From Acidobacteria bacterium RIFCSPLOWO2_12_FULL_67_14b (GTDB taxonomy: Bacteria > Acidobacteriota > Vicinamibacteria > Vicinamibacterales > UBA2999): a stretch of 64,000 nt of DNA. The DNA lies in the NCBI GenBank assembly GCA_001768615.1, contig MELE01000135.1, positions 37,590 through 101,589 on the forward strand. Direction: 5' to 3'. The translations under genes were made by a program, and so were the position numbers. How positions within the stretch are numbered: position 1 is the stretch's first letter; every line of letters starts with the position of its first letter. Below, piece after piece: positions 16,804 to 26,612 of this stretch. The notes below the pieces were generated by a model. The model saw only the letters and a program-made list of their open reading frames with translations. It was not told the origin of the DNA and did no database searches.

Positions 16804-18279
16804 TCAATTCTCGGGCGGTCGCGTGAAGCCGCGGCCGCGGCGGCGCCGGCCACGACGCCGGCGGCCACGGGGGCGGCGTTCGCCATCCTGGGGCGCGCCC
16901 GGATCGGCCGTCGGCGGCTTGAGCGCGTCGGGCCCGAGCGCCTCGATGAACCCTTTCCAGTGTTCCAGCACCGCCGGCGCCTGGCCGTGGATCTCGAACC
17001 ACGTCAGCGCGCTTTCGAACGGCCCGCGATGCATCAACGCGCGCTTGGCGCGCGGCGACATCTCGAGATCGCCAATCCGGCCCTGCAGCGACAGCAATTG
17101 CCGCAGCCGTTCGGTGTCGCCCCGCGCGATCGGCAGCGTGCCGATCTTCAGGATCGGTTCCTTTGGCGGACGGCGGAAGCGCGACTTCGCCGTGGAGAGC
17201 GAGGGTGCGGCCGGCTCCGCGGCCTCATCGCTCTTGTCCTCATCCTCGTCCTCATCGTCATGGAAGCGGCTGTGGTCCTTGCGAGGCATCAGGCCCAGCG
17301 GAATCAGCAGGGTTCCCAGCAGGACCGGATTGGTCAGCGTCGGGGGCGCGCTCTCGAACCCTCGCCGATACAGGTCGAGGGCCGCCAGCGCTTCCCACAG
17401 CGCCTGGTTCTTGGCGCCGCGCTGAATCTCCGGCGTGATCGGCTCGAGCAGGCGGTGTTCGGCCAGCGCCCGGAAGGTGAGCTCGGCCGCGCCCGAGCGG
17501 AGGATCTTGTAGTACTCCTCGATCAGGCGCGAGGGCGACGAGGTGGCGATGAGCGAGCGATGCCTGGCGATGGCGGCGACGATCGGCGCATCGAGCCGGA
17601 AGCCGAGACGCGAGGCCATGACGATGGCGCGCAGCATCCTCACCGGATCTTCCCGGAAGCGATCGTTCGGGTCGCCGATGCAGCGGATCAGGCCGTCCTT
17701 CAGATCCTGCAGGCCGCCGACGTAGTCGATGATCGAGAAGTTGGCGATGTCGTAGAAGAGCGCGTTGATCGTGAAGTCGCGGCGGAACGCGTCTTCCTCG
17801 GAGGTGCCGAAGGTGTTGTCGTGCTTGTGCAGGTCGCCTTCATCGCCGGCCGGCTCGTGCGGCAGCGGCTCGCTCGGCCCGCCTTCGCGGCCCTTGGCCG
17901 CTACGGCGAGGTCCCGCCGTAGCTCGCTCGATCGTTCGCGAGCGGAGGCGGACTCGCTTTCGGTCCCGGCCGGGATGTTCTTGCGAAACGTCGCGACCTC
18001 GATCGCCTTGGGGCCGAAGCGCACGTGCGCCAGCCGGAACCGGCGTCCGATGATCCAGCAGTTCCGGAACAGCTTCTTGATCTGGTACGGATGGGCGGAG
18101 GTGCCGATGTCGAAGTCTTTCGGGCGCCGGCTGAGGAGGAGATCGCGGACGCTGCCGCCAACGAGGTAGGCGGTGTAGCCCGCCTCATTGAGGCGATACA
18201 GCACTTTGAGCGCGTCGGCGTCGATGTCCCGCCGCGAAATCGGGTGCTCGGCTCGCGGGACAATGACCGGGTCAGACAT
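16804..18279 (-). CDS. pcnB: Polynucleotide adenylyltransferase (poly(A) polymerase I family)
   Basis: YLVGGSVRDLLLSRRPKDFDIGT...FRLAHVRFG...EVATFR nucleotidyltransferase head. Arg-rich C-terminal tail and an acidic insertion. Confidence 0.75.
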   Translation of the reverse strand: MSDPVIVPRAEHPISRRDIDADALKVLYRLNEAGYTAYLVGGSVRDLLLSRRPKDFDIGTSAHPYQIKKLFRNCWIIGRRFRLAHVRFGPKAIEVATFRKNIPAGTESESASARERSSELRRDLAVAAKGREGGPSEPLPHEPAGDEGDLHKHDNTFGTSEEDAFRRDFTINALFYDIANFSIIDYVGGLQDLKDGLIRCIGDPNDRFREDPVRMLRAIVMASRLGFRLDAPIVAAIARHRSLIATSSPSRLIEEYYKILRSGAAELTFRALAEHRLLEPITPEIQRGAKNQALWEALAALDLYRRGFESAPPTLTNPVLLGTLLIPLGLMPRKDHSRFHDDEDEDEDKSDEAAEPAAPSLSTAKSRFRRPPKEPILKIGTLPIARGDTERLRQLLSLQGRIGDLEMSPRAKRALMHRGPFESALTWFEIHGQAPAVLEHWKGFIEALGPDALKPPTADPGAPQDGERRPRGRRRRGRRRRGRGFTRPPEN

Positions 18280-18348
18280 CCAATCCGATATTCTATCGTG
18301 CGCCGCCGATCACGCAGATCAAATCAACCATGGCGGCCCTGGTATTGG

Positions 18349-18375
18349 ATCTGTGTTATCTGTGTCATCTGTGGC
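18349..18375. repeat. Tandem 9-mer array (ATCTGTGTY) x3
   Basis: Units ATCTGTGTT ATCTGTGTC ATCTGTGGC, in the pcnB upstream region and the putative 5' end of the next gene. Confidence 0.8.
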
Positions 18376-19189
18376 CCTGGCTAAGCCTGTATTGTCTGCC
18401 TCGTCTGCGGCACTGGTAATTGTCCTCAGCGGCGCATCGGTGTCGGCGACACGCGCCGACCTCGCCCGGGCGCGCTCCCTCTACAACCAGCGGCAGTTCG
18501 ACGGCGCCATTGAAGCGGCGCTGGCGGCCCAGAAGACGCCGGCCACGGCGGACGCCGCGACGGTGGTGTTGGCGCGTGCCCATCTCGAGCGCTACCGCGA
18601 GCGTGCCGACCCCTCGGACCTGTCGGCGGCCCGTGCGGCTCTCGGCACGGTTCGCGCCGCCAGCCTCGCCGCCCGCGACCACGTCGATTTCCTGCTGGCA
18701 CTGGGCGAGGCGTTGTTTTTCGAAGACGACTACGGCGCCGCCGCGCAGTTGTTGGAGAGCGGCCTGGCGGGCGCGGTCGCCCAGGGCCAGGTGGCGGCGG
18801 AGGCCATGCTCGACTGGTGGGGGAGTGCGGTCGAGCGTCATGCCGACGCCCTCGATCGCGAGCTGCGCCTGGCCGCGTTCGGGCGGCTGCGCGATCGCAT
18901 GGCCCTGGAGCTGGCCCGCAGCCCGGGGTCGGCGGCCGCGGCCTATTGGGTGGTCGTCGGCACCCGTGGCGCCGGCGATCCCGGCGCGGCCTGGGATGCC
19001 GCGATTGCCGGCTGGGTCCGCGCCCGGCTGGCCAGCGGCCGATCGGCGCAGCTGCGCGCCGACCTGGACAAGCTCGTGCTCGAGGGAATCATCCCCGACC
19101 GCGTCCGGACCGTGGCGCCCGATCGCCGCGCCCAGACCGAATCCGACCTGCGCGCCGAATGGGCCGTCGTCAAAGAGCGCTGGAAATAA
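18353..19189 (+). CDS. Hypothetical Ala-rich secreted/anchored protein
   Basis: Coherent frame with helical-repeat-like content. The track ORF (18188) overlaps the pcnB start, so the GTG at 18353 before a hydrophobic segment was chosen. The start is uncertain. Confidence 0.5.
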   Translation: MLSVSSVALAKPVLSASSAALVIVLSGASVSATRADLARARSLYNQRQFDGAIEAALAAQKTPATADAATVVLARAHLERYRERADPSDLSAARAALGTVRAASLAARDHVDFLLALGEALFFEDDYGAAAQLLESGLAGAVAQGQVAAEAMLDWWGSAVERHADALDRELRLAAFGRLRDRMALELARSPGSAAAAYWVVVGTRGAGDPGAAWDAAIAGWVRARLASGRSAQLRADLDKLVLEGIIPDRVRTVAPDRRAQTESDLRAEWAVVKERWK

Positions 19190-19192
19190 CTC

Positions 19193-21880
19193 TCAACTCT
19201 TCGCGTCCCGCCAGTTCTCCCCGATCCCCACATCCACATCGAGCGGCACGCGCAGCGGCACCGCCTTCGACATCTTCTCCTTCACCAGCGCCGCGGTCTC
19301 GTCGGCGGCCTCGCGTGGCGCCTCGAACAGCAACTCGTCGTGCACCGTCAGGATCATCTTCGCCCTGGTGCGGCTCGCCGCCAGCGCGGCGTGGACGTCG
19401 ATCATCGCGCGCTTCAGGATGTCGGCCGCGGTGCCCTGGATCGGCATGTTCACCGCCACGCGCTCGGCGGCGGCGCTGATCATCCGGTTCCGGCTCGTCA
19501 GCTCCGGCACTGGCCGCCGCCGTCCGAACATCGTCTTCACGACGCCGGTTTTCCGCGCGTCCTCGAGCGTCTGGTCGATGAAGGTGCGCACCCGCGGGAA
19601 GCCCGCGAAGTAGGCGTCGATGAACTGCTGGGCCGCCTGCTGCGGCACGCCGATGTCTTTGGCGAGCGTGAACGCGGTCTTTCCGTAGAGCAGCGCGTAG
19701 TTGATGATCTTGGCCCGCCGCCGCAGCTCGTGCGGATCGAGTGAGCTGTCGGCGCCAAACACCTTTGCCGCGGTCTGATCGTGGATGTCGTCGCCCCGTT
19801 CGAAGGCCTCGATCAGGGATTCGTCGCCCGACAGGTGCGCGAGCACGCGCAGCTCGATCTGCGAATAGTCGGCCGACACCAGCAGGTGTCCCGGCTCGGC
19901 GACGAATGCCTTCCGGATCTCGCGGCCGATCTCGGTGCGGATCGGGATGTTCTGCAGATTCGGATCGCTGCTGCTCAACCGGCCGGTGGCCGCCACCGCC
20001 TGGCTGATCTGCGTGTGCACGCGTCCGGTCTCGGGGTTGACCAGGCCCGGAAGGGCATCGATGTATGTGCCCTTCAGCTTTGCCAGTCCGCGCCAGTCGA
20101 GAATCGCGCGGCAGATGTCGTGCTGGGCGGCCAGCTCTTCGAGCACCTCCACCGCCGTCGACGGCGTTCTCGTCGTCCCGGTTCGCTTCAGCACGGGCAA
20201 TTGCAGCTTGTCGAACAGGATCTCGCCGAGCTGCTTGGGCGAGTTGATGTTGAACTCGCCGCCGGCCTGTCCGTAGATCAGCCGGCTGAGGTCGTTCATT
20301 TCGCGGTCGAGCACCGTCGACTGCGCCGCCAGCGCGCGCACGTCGACGCGCACGCCGATCCGTTCGATGTCCGCCAGGATCGGCACCAGCGGCAGCTCGA
20401 GGTCGCGGTACACGCCCAGCAGCCCGTCACGCTCGAGCATCGGGGCGAGGTGGTCCGCCAATTGAAACGCCAGGTCGGCGCGCTCGCCTGCGTAATTCAG
20501 CACGCTGTCCACGGGCACCTGCGAGAACGGCAGCGCCTTCACGCCCTTGCCGCGCACGTCTTCGTCGGTCAGCGCCTTGTACTGAAGCTGCTCGAGCACG
20601 ATCGGCTCCAGCTCCTGGTTGGACCGGTTCGAGTCGAGGAGGTAGCTGGCCAGCATCGTGTCGAAGGCTTTCGGGTGCTCGAGCACGATCCCGTGGCGGC
20701 CAAGGACGATCAGGTCGGCCTTGATGTCGTGGCCGATCTTCTCGATGGCCGGATCGGTGAGCACCGGCGCGAGCATCGCCAGGGCCTGCGACTTCGCCAG
20801 CGAGAAGCCGCCGCCAAATCCCTCGTGGCCGAGCGGAATGTAGCGGGCCATCGCCGGCCCGGTCGACACGGCGACGCCGACGAGCGTCGCCCGCACCGGC
20901 GCCGTGCCGTCGGTGATCAGCTTCAGGCTGAAGCGCCCGGCGGCCTTGAGCTGTCCCACCAGCGCCTGGAGCTGTTCGCTGGACTCCACGACCGCATAGT
21001 CCTTCGTGACCGAGGCCGCGGTGGGCGCAAACTCCGGGACCAGCGTCCGGAAGCCGAGCTGCGAAAACAGCGCATAGCACCGTTCGCGAGAGGGCCCCCG
21101 GTATCGGAACTTCTCCGCGTCGAACGGGACGTCCACGTCCGTGCGGATCTTGAGCAGCTCGCGGCTCTGGCGGGCCTGATCGACGTTGGCGAGCAGTCCT
21201 TCGCGATATTTCTTCTGCTTGATCTCGCCGGCCTTGGCGAGCAGCGCCTCGAGCGACCCGTACTCGGCGATCAATGCGGTGGCACCCTTTTCGCCGATCC
21301 CCGGAACGCCCTTGACGTTGTCGCTCGTGTCGCCCATCAGCGCCAGCACGTCCACGACCTGGTCGGGGCGGACGCCGAACTTCTGGGCCACGCCCTCGGC
21401 GTCGTACCAGGCGCCTTCATCGCGCGGGTTGTAGACGCGAATACCGTTGCCGACGAGCTGAAAGAAGTCCTTGTCGCCGGTCACAATCGCGGCTTGGAGG
21501 CCATGCGACGCCGCCCGGCTCGCCAGCGTCCCGATCACATCGTCGGCCTCGAAGCCCTCCGAGGTGAAGATCGGCACCCCCATGGCTTCGCACGCCTCGA
21601 ACACCCACGGCACCTGCTCGACCAGGTCGCCGGGCATGGCCGCACGGTTGGCCTTGTAGTCGGCCACGAGCTTCGATCGGAACGTCTGTGACGGCAGGTC
21701 GAACGACGCCGCGATGTATTCCGGCCGATGGTCCGCGATCAGCTTGCGGAGCATGGTGATGAAGCCGTACACGGCGTTGGTGGACTTGCCGTCGGGCCCG
21801 GTCAGCCCGCGGATCGCGTGGTAGGCGCGATACATCTGGTTACTGCCGTCGATCAGGAAGAGGGTTGGAGCGGAAGACAT
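19193..21880 (-). CDS. polA: DNA polymerase I
   Basis: Full-length 895 aa with 5'-nuclease (LFLIDGSNQMYRAYHA), a 3'-5' exonuclease-like region, and polymerase motifs (DYSQIELRVLAH, RRAKIINYALLYG, VHDELLFE). Confidence 0.95.
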   Translation of the reverse strand: MSSAPTLFLIDGSNQMYRAYHAIRGLTGPDGKSTNAVYGFITMLRKLIADHRPEYIAASFDLPSQTFRSKLVADYKANRAAMPGDLVEQVPWVFEACEAMGVPIFTSEGFEADDVIGTLASRAASHGLQAAIVTGDKDFFQLVGNGIRVYNPRDEGAWYDAEGVAQKFGVRPDQVVDVLALMGDTSDNVKGVPGIGEKGATALIAEYGSLEALLAKAGEIKQKKYREGLLANVDQARQSRELLKIRTDVDVPFDAEKFRYRGPSRERCYALFSQLGFRTLVPEFAPTAASVTKDYAVVESSEQLQALVGQLKAAGRFSLKLITDGTAPVRATLVGVAVSTGPAMARYIPLGHEGFGGGFSLAKSQALAMLAPVLTDPAIEKIGHDIKADLIVLGRHGIVLEHPKAFDTMLASYLLDSNRSNQELEPIVLEQLQYKALTDEDVRGKGVKALPFSQVPVDSVLNYAGERADLAFQLADHLAPMLERDGLLGVYRDLELPLVPILADIERIGVRVDVRALAAQSTVLDREMNDLSRLIYGQAGGEFNINSPKQLGEILFDKLQLPVLKRTGTTRTPSTAVEVLEELAAQHDICRAILDWRGLAKLKGTYIDALPGLVNPETGRVHTQISQAVAATGRLSSSDPNLQNIPIRTEIGREIRKAFVAEPGHLLVSADYSQIELRVLAHLSGDESLIEAFERGDDIHDQTAAKVFGADSSLDPHELRRRAKIINYALLYGKTAFTLAKDIGVPQQAAQQFIDAYFAGFPRVRTFIDQTLEDARKTGVVKTMFGRRRPVPELTSRNRMISAAAERVAVNMPIQGTAADILKRAMIDVHAALAASRTRAKMILTVHDELLFEAPREAADETAALVKEKMSKAVPLRVPLDVDVGIGENWRDAKS

Positions 21881-22619
21881 GACCGCATCCGTATATTATT
21901 CGATCGTGCGTCTGGCGTTCGGCCTGTTGCTGCTCTCGGTGTTGTGGTCGCTGGCGTGCGGCAGCGTGCTCTCACGGAAATACGAATACGAAGAAGAGAT
22001 CTTTCTCGCGCTCGACGGCTCGGCCAGCGTCTACGTGAACGCGGCCGTGCCCGCGCTGGTCGCCCTTCGCGGCGCGAAGCTGCCCGTCGACCCGGGCGCG
22101 CGGCTCGATCGACAGGTGATCCGCGAGTACTACGAGACGCCGGTGTCGCACGTCAGGAGCGTCACCTCGTCTCGCCGCGACGGCCGGCGCTACGTCCACC
22201 TGCGCATCGACGCGCCCGACATCACGCGGCTCTCGGAGGCCGCGCCGTTTGCGTGGTCGACGTACCGCTTTCAACAGCGCGACGCGGAATTCGAGTACAC
22301 GCAGGACGTGCTCGCGGCCGCCGGCCAGGACGTGGGCAACGTCGGCTGGGGCGGGGCCGAACGGATCGCGTTCCGCCTGCACCTGCCGAGCAAGGTCGGA
22401 TTCCATAACGCGCCGTCGCGGACGATCGAGCGCGGCAACATCATTGTGTGGGAGCAGGCGCTCACCGATCGCCTGAAGGGCGTCCCCGTGAGCATCCAGG
22501 TGCGGATGGAAACCGAGTCGATCCTGTTTCGGACGCTCCTGCTCTTCGCCGCAATGATGGCCGCCGTGGCGCTGACCTTCGCGGCGGCCATCTGGTTCGT
22601 CAGGAGCAGGAAGGCATAA
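21879..22619 (+). CDS. Hypothetical lipoprotein with C-terminal TM anchor
   Basis: LLLLSVLWSLACGS lipobox-like signal and C-terminal TM LLLFAAMMAAVALTFAAAIWF. The ATG at 21879 overlaps the polA ATG on the opposite strand; an alternative GTG lies at 21906. Confidence 0.6.
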   Translation: MTASVYYSIVRLAFGLLLLSVLWSLACGSVLSRKYEYEEEIFLALDGSASVYVNAAVPALVALRGAKLPVDPGARLDRQVIREYYETPVSHVRSVTSSRRDGRRYVHLRIDAPDITRLSEAAPFAWSTYRFQQRDAEFEYTQDVLAAAGQDVGNVGWGGAERIAFRLHLPSKVGFHNAPSRTIERGNIIVWEQALTDRLKGVPVSIQVRMETESILFRTLLLFAAMMAAVALTFAAAIWFVRSRKA

Positions 22620-22629
22620 CGACACAACC

Positions 22630-23190
22630 CTAGTTCAGCGTCTTTCGCGGCTCCATCGCCTCGCGGACCTCGGCGTCGGTCTTGAGATCGTTCGTGACGT
22701 CGAACTCGCCGAAGCCGGTGGCCAGCGTGCGCGCGAGCATCCGCTCGACGTTGCTCTGCACCACGCCCTCGAGCGTGACGTGCCCGCGGTTTACGACGAC
22801 GCGAATCGGCGGGTTGGCCATCGACGCGTAGCCCCAGAACAGCGAGTGCCCGTAGATCGCCCGCGCGATGCGGAACCGCAGCTGGTCATCGAACTGCGAG
22901 ACGGGCAGGACGCCGATCTTGTTGTCCACCGACAGCAGTCCCTCGACCTTGCGGACGCGCTTCTCCAGGTCGTCGCGCTTGTACGGCATGGTGACCCATC
23001 CCGTGAGCACGACGTGGCCGTCATCGACCGACGCCGAGATGCTGTCGAAGATCGTGATCTGCGTGTAGCGATTCACCTGGTCGGCGACATCGTTGAAGAT
23101 CTGCAGGTCCTTGCGGGGTTCCTGGGCGGACGCCGACGCGGCGGCGGTCGCGAAGAGTGTGACCAGCAAAGCAGAGCGCAGGTGTTTCAT
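22630..23190 (-). CDS. BON domain protein (OsmY-like), secreted
   Basis: Signal peptide and two BON-like modules (VDDGHVVLTGWV...VEGLLSVDNKI; VNRGHVTLEGVV...FGEFDVTNDL). Confidence 0.7.
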   Translation of the reverse strand: MKHLRSALLVTLFATAAASASAQEPRKDLQIFNDVADQVNRYTQITIFDSISASVDDGHVVLTGWVTMPYKRDDLEKRVRKVEGLLSVDNKIGVLPVSQFDDQLRFRIARAIYGHSLFWGYASMANPPIRVVVNRGHVTLEGVVQSNVERMLARTLATGFGEFDVTNDLKTDAEVREAMEPRKTLN

Positions 23191-23249
23191 GAAGAGCCCT
23201 CCTGCCCGCTCTTACTGCCAAGTTCGTGCCAGCGGATTGTGTCCTCTGA

Positions 23250-24398
23250 TCAAGGCGTGGCGACGTAGCCTTTGCGCGCGCGGACCTTCAGCGACGGGTC
23301 GCGCACCTCGACCCGAATCGTGTGCCAGCGTCCGTCCTTGAGACCCGGGCTCGGATAGCCCAGGTAGTACTGCTGGCTCAACTCGTCGGCGATGCTCGAG
23401 ACTGCCGGATCGAGATCGCGGAAGTCGCGCACGATTTCCGTGCGGCCGCCGCTGTCGTCGGTGATCTCACGCAGCGCCGCCACGTTGACGCGATCGCCCG
23501 CGCCACCCACCGAATACGGGCCGCTGCCGCCGCCGATCGGCGGGTATTGCGGCTGGGGCGCCGGCACGCGTCCGCCGCCGCCGCGTCCACCCGGGAACGG
23601 AAACGGAATTGGCAGGCGCGGCAGGTTGATCGGCGGCTGGTTGATCGGCGGCGTCGGCCGCTGAAACGTCGGCGTCCCCTGGCTGTCGACGCCCACCGCG
23701 TAGACGAGCACTTCCGTTTCGCGCACCACCTGCTTCACTTCCGACACGCCGACGCGGCTGCTCGTGTCGTTGCCGTCGGAGATGATCACCACGGCCTTCT
23801 TCCGGTTCCGCCCGCTCTGCGCCATCGGCACGGCTTCCGCCGCCGCGTCGTACATCGCGGTGCCGCCGTTCGGGTGAATGCGGTTCATGCTCCACGACAG
23901 CCGATCGCGGTCGTTCGTCCAGTCGTGCACGAGGTCGGCGTTGGCGCTGAAGCGATAGAGAAAAAACTCGTCCAGCTCGTCCGACATCTGGCGGAGGAAC
24001 CGATCGATCGAGCTCACCGCCGCCGACCACTTCTCGCCCTGCATGCTGCCGCTGGTGTCGACGACGATGCCGAGGCTGACCGGCGTGCGGTCGGCGCTGA
24101 AGTGCGTGACCTCGACGAGCTTGTTGTCCTCGTAGATGACGAAGTCGTCCTTGCGCAGGCTCCCGGCGAAACGGCCCGAGCGGTCGGTGACCGTGGCCGT
24201 GACGTTGATCAGCTCGACGCCGCTCTTGAAGCGGAAGCCGTCCTGTTGCCCGGCCAGTGGACTCGCGCCCGCCAGCGCCAGCAGGCCGGCGGCAACGGCC
24301 CAGAGACGCGGCCCGCGCTGGAAACCGGAGCCCGGAGCCCGGCCTGCCCTGAGCGAGCCCGCAAGGCGAGTCGAAGGGAGCCCGAGATTGGTATTCAT
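23250..24398 (-). CDS. VWA domain protein (VWFA-related, Acidobacteria-type)
   Basis: Start at MNTNLGLP. MIDAS motif VVDTSGSM...GGTAMYDA...IISDGNDT, a Pro/Gly-rich linker, and a C-terminal YYLGY...WHTIRVEV...VRARKGY module. Confidence 0.8.
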   Translation of the reverse strand: MNTNLGLPSTRLAGSLRAGRAPGSGFQRGPRLWAVAAGLLALAGASPLAGQQDGFRFKSGVELINVTATVTDRSGRFAGSLRKDDFVIYEDNKLVEVTHFSADRTPVSLGIVVDTSGSMQGEKWSAAVSSIDRFLRQMSDELDEFFLYRFSANADLVHDWTNDRDRLSWSMNRIHPNGGTAMYDAAAEAVPMAQSGRNRKKAVVIISDGNDTSSRVGVSEVKQVVRETEVLVYAVGVDSQGTPTFQRPTPPINQPPINLPRLPIPFPFPGGRGGGGRVPAPQPQYPPIGGGSGPYSVGGAGDRVNVAALREITDDSGGRTEIVRDFRDLDPAVSSIADELSQQYYLGYPSPGLKDGRWHTIRVEVRDPSLKVRARKGYVATP

Positions 24399-24409
24399 GG
24401 TCCTGTCCT

Positions 24410-25273
24410 TCACCGCAATGTCACGCTCACGGGCTGTTCGGCCTCGGCCGCAATCGGCGCGGCGCCGCGCCGGTCGATGTGCGGCACCACGCCGTCGGCG
24501 GTCCGGAAGCTGACGCGATACCGGGCCACCGTCGGCGGCGCGTCCATCGCGACGACGAACGGCGATTCGTCGCCGAGTCCGAGCTTGAGAAAATCCACCG
24601 GGGCCGTGGCGCTCGTGACGAACGCGCCCTGTTGATCGAACAGGAACACCACTGCCGACAGCCGCTCGACCGGCTTCCCGGTCACGGGATTTCGCACCAG
24701 GCCCGACACGGCGAGCCTGGTGTTCTGCCGATCGTGACGCAGCGACACCAGCTCGAGCGGCATGTTCGGTCCCACCGCGGCGGCCGTCGTGCCCCGCGGT
24801 CCAGACATCATCCAGACCAGGCCCGTGGCCAGCCCGACGAACAGGACCGCCGCGGCAATGGCGAGGCCGTGTTGACGCCCGGCGCTGCCGCTGACCTGCG
24901 GCGCGGGGCTGCTGCCGAGAAAGCCGGATGGGTGCACGATCTCGCGCTCGGCCACCGGCGCCGGCTCGTTGAGCCGGATGTCGTGCGCTTGCGGCGCGGG
25001 CACGGGCGTGGGCGCCGTCGTGCGTGTCACCGACAGCGGCGCCGGCGCCCACGGCGCCTGTGCCCTCACCGGCTCGGGCTCGGTGCGCGCGCGCACGCCG
25101 AAACCTTCAACCGTGCCACGAGCGTGCGCGTCACCGAAGGCAGCCACAGACAACGCCGCGACCCTGGCGGCGGAGTGCCGCTTCTCTTCGCGCGCCAGCC
25201 GCCACGCGGTCACGCTCATCACCAGCGCGACGATCAGCGAGACGACGGTGACTCCCAGAAGCACGGTATCCAT
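24410..25273 (-). CDS. Hypothetical membrane-anchored protein (DUF3426-like C-terminal beta domain?)
   Basis: N-terminal TM VLLGVTVVSLIVALVMSV, a second TM, and a C-terminal beta-rich domain (LAVSGLVRNPVTGKPVERLSAVVFLFDQQG). ATG at 25273 (TTG at 25279 in the track). Confidence 0.6.
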   Translation of the reverse strand: MDTVLLGVTVVSLIVALVMSVTAWRLAREEKRHSAARVAALSVAAFGDAHARGTVEGFGVRARTEPEPVRAQAPWAPAPLSVTRTTAPTPVPAPQAHDIRLNEPAPVAEREIVHPSGFLGSSPAPQVSGSAGRQHGLAIAAAVLFVGLATGLVWMMSGPRGTTAAAVGPNMPLELVSLRHDRQNTRLAVSGLVRNPVTGKPVERLSAVVFLFDQQGAFVTSATAPVDFLKLGLGDESPFVVAMDAPPTVARYRVSFRTADGVVPHIDRRGAAPIAAEAEQPVSVTLR

Positions 25274-25274
25274 A

Positions 25275-25306
25275 CTCAAGCCCCTAAGCCCTCAAGTCCT
25301 CAGGCT
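25275..25306. repeat. Tandem 8-mer array (CTCAAGCC) x4
   Basis: Units CTCAAGCC CCTAAGCC CTCAAGTC CTCAGGCT fill the spacer between two co-directional genes. Confidence 0.85.
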
Positions 25307-26401
25307 CTACCGCAGCCTGAACTCCACGCCCACCTGGACGACCACATCCACCGGCGCACCCTTCATCCTCGCCGGCGCGAAGCGCCACTGTCGGACGGCC
25401 TGCACGGCCCGCTCGTTGAGCCCGCCGGGAAGGCCGCGCACGATCTTCACGTCGCCGACGGTGCCGTTGCTGCGCACGACGATCTCCAGCTCCACTTCGC
25501 CTTCGATGTTCGCGCGCCGCGCTTCGTCGGAATAGTCCGCCTTCACCTCGCGCAGCAATCGCGGCGGCTCGACGCCGCTGCCGGGACGATACGGCCCGCC
25601 GCCGGTGCCGCCGCCCGATCCATCGCCGACGCCGCTGCCATCACCCTCGCCAAGGCCCGTGCCCTTGCCGGATCCCACGCCGCCGCCGGTGCCGGAGCCC
25701 TGGCTCGGCGGCACTTCAGGCGCTTTCGCCAGCAGGCCTTCGCGGTCCTGCGCTTCGGCTGGCTTGGTCGCGATCGGCGCCATCACCGGAGGCAGCTGCT
25801 TGGCCTCCAGCGGTTTTGGCGGTTCGGGTGGTTTCGGCGTCGGCCGCATTGGCGGCGGCAGCGTGCGCGCCGGAATCGGGCTGCTGATCTTCTCGAGGCC
25901 TTTGCGTTGCGCCTTGGGCGGCGGCGCCTTGAACTTCAACCCGCCGCCGCCACCGCCGCCGCCCGGACCCGGCGTCGCGAGAAACACCAACCGGATCGGT
26001 TCGTCCCTGATCGGCTCGGTGCGCTCGTCGGCCACCGCAAAACCCAGGCTGGCGATGAACAGGATCGTGGCGATCGCCAGCCCGTGCAGGCTCGTCGACA
26101 CGATCATCGGGATGGTCGTGGCGCGGCCCTTCTGCGCCGCGCCCGCGAAGAGCTCGCGGCCCAGGCCGAGCGCGTCGGGCACGCCCACTGTGGTTCCAGC
26201 CGCCAGCGCGCGCACCGCGCGCACCGCTTCGGCGTGCGCGACGAACTCCAGGAGCTCGGGATGGCCGCCGATCGGCAACTGCGCGGCGACCGACCGGATT
26301 TCCCCGCGCGCGAGCAGCGCCTGGACTCGGACTTCCGAGACCCCTGCCGCTTCCGCGATATCGCGGGCCACGTACACGTCGGGAGGAAGGACGCCCAGCA
26401 T
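25307..26401 (-). CDS. TonB-family energy transducer with N-terminal HTH-like segment
   Basis: C-terminal TonB domain (PPRLLREVKADYSDEARRANIEGEVELEIVV...GTVGDVKIVRGL...AVQAVRQWRFAPA). Pro/Gly-rich linker and one TM. N-terminus VYVARDIAEAAGVSEVRVQALLARGEI resembles a DNA-binding HTH. Confidence 0.75.
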   Translation of the reverse strand: MLGVLPPDVYVARDIAEAAGVSEVRVQALLARGEIRSVAAQLPIGGHPELLEFVAHAEAVRAVRALAAGTTVGVPDALGLGRELFAGAAQKGRATTIPMIVSTSLHGLAIATILFIASLGFAVADERTEPIRDEPIRLVFLATPGPGGGGGGGGLKFKAPPPKAQRKGLEKISSPIPARTLPPPMRPTPKPPEPPKPLEAKQLPPVMAPIATKPAEAQDREGLLAKAPEVPPSQGSGTGGGVGSGKGTGLGEGDGSGVGDGSGGGTGGGPYRPGSGVEPPRLLREVKADYSDEARRANIEGEVELEIVVRSNGTVGDVKIVRGLPGGLNERAVQAVRQWRFAPARMKGAPVDVVVQVGVEFRLR

Positions 26402-26552
26402 GACTACTGCCGCATCATCGCAAAAGCCTTGCCGTCCGGCCGCAGTTGGGTGATGCCTTCATGATCAGCCTTTTCGGCCGGATTTCACGAAATCTTTCGG
26501 ATCCGGTCCCGGCCATTTGTGGCGCTTTGGGGACGGGCTGTCGCCTGATCAA

Positions 26553-26608
26553 GGCAGAAGGCAGAAGGCAGAAGGCAGAAGGCAGAAGGCAGAGGGCAGA
26601 GGGCAGAA
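26553..26608. repeat. Tandem heptamer array (GGCAGAA/GGCAGAG) x8
   Basis: Five GGCAGAA, two GGCAGAG and one GGCAGAA. Inverted partner array at 26923-26957. Confidence 0.95.
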
Positions 26609-26612
26609 AAGC

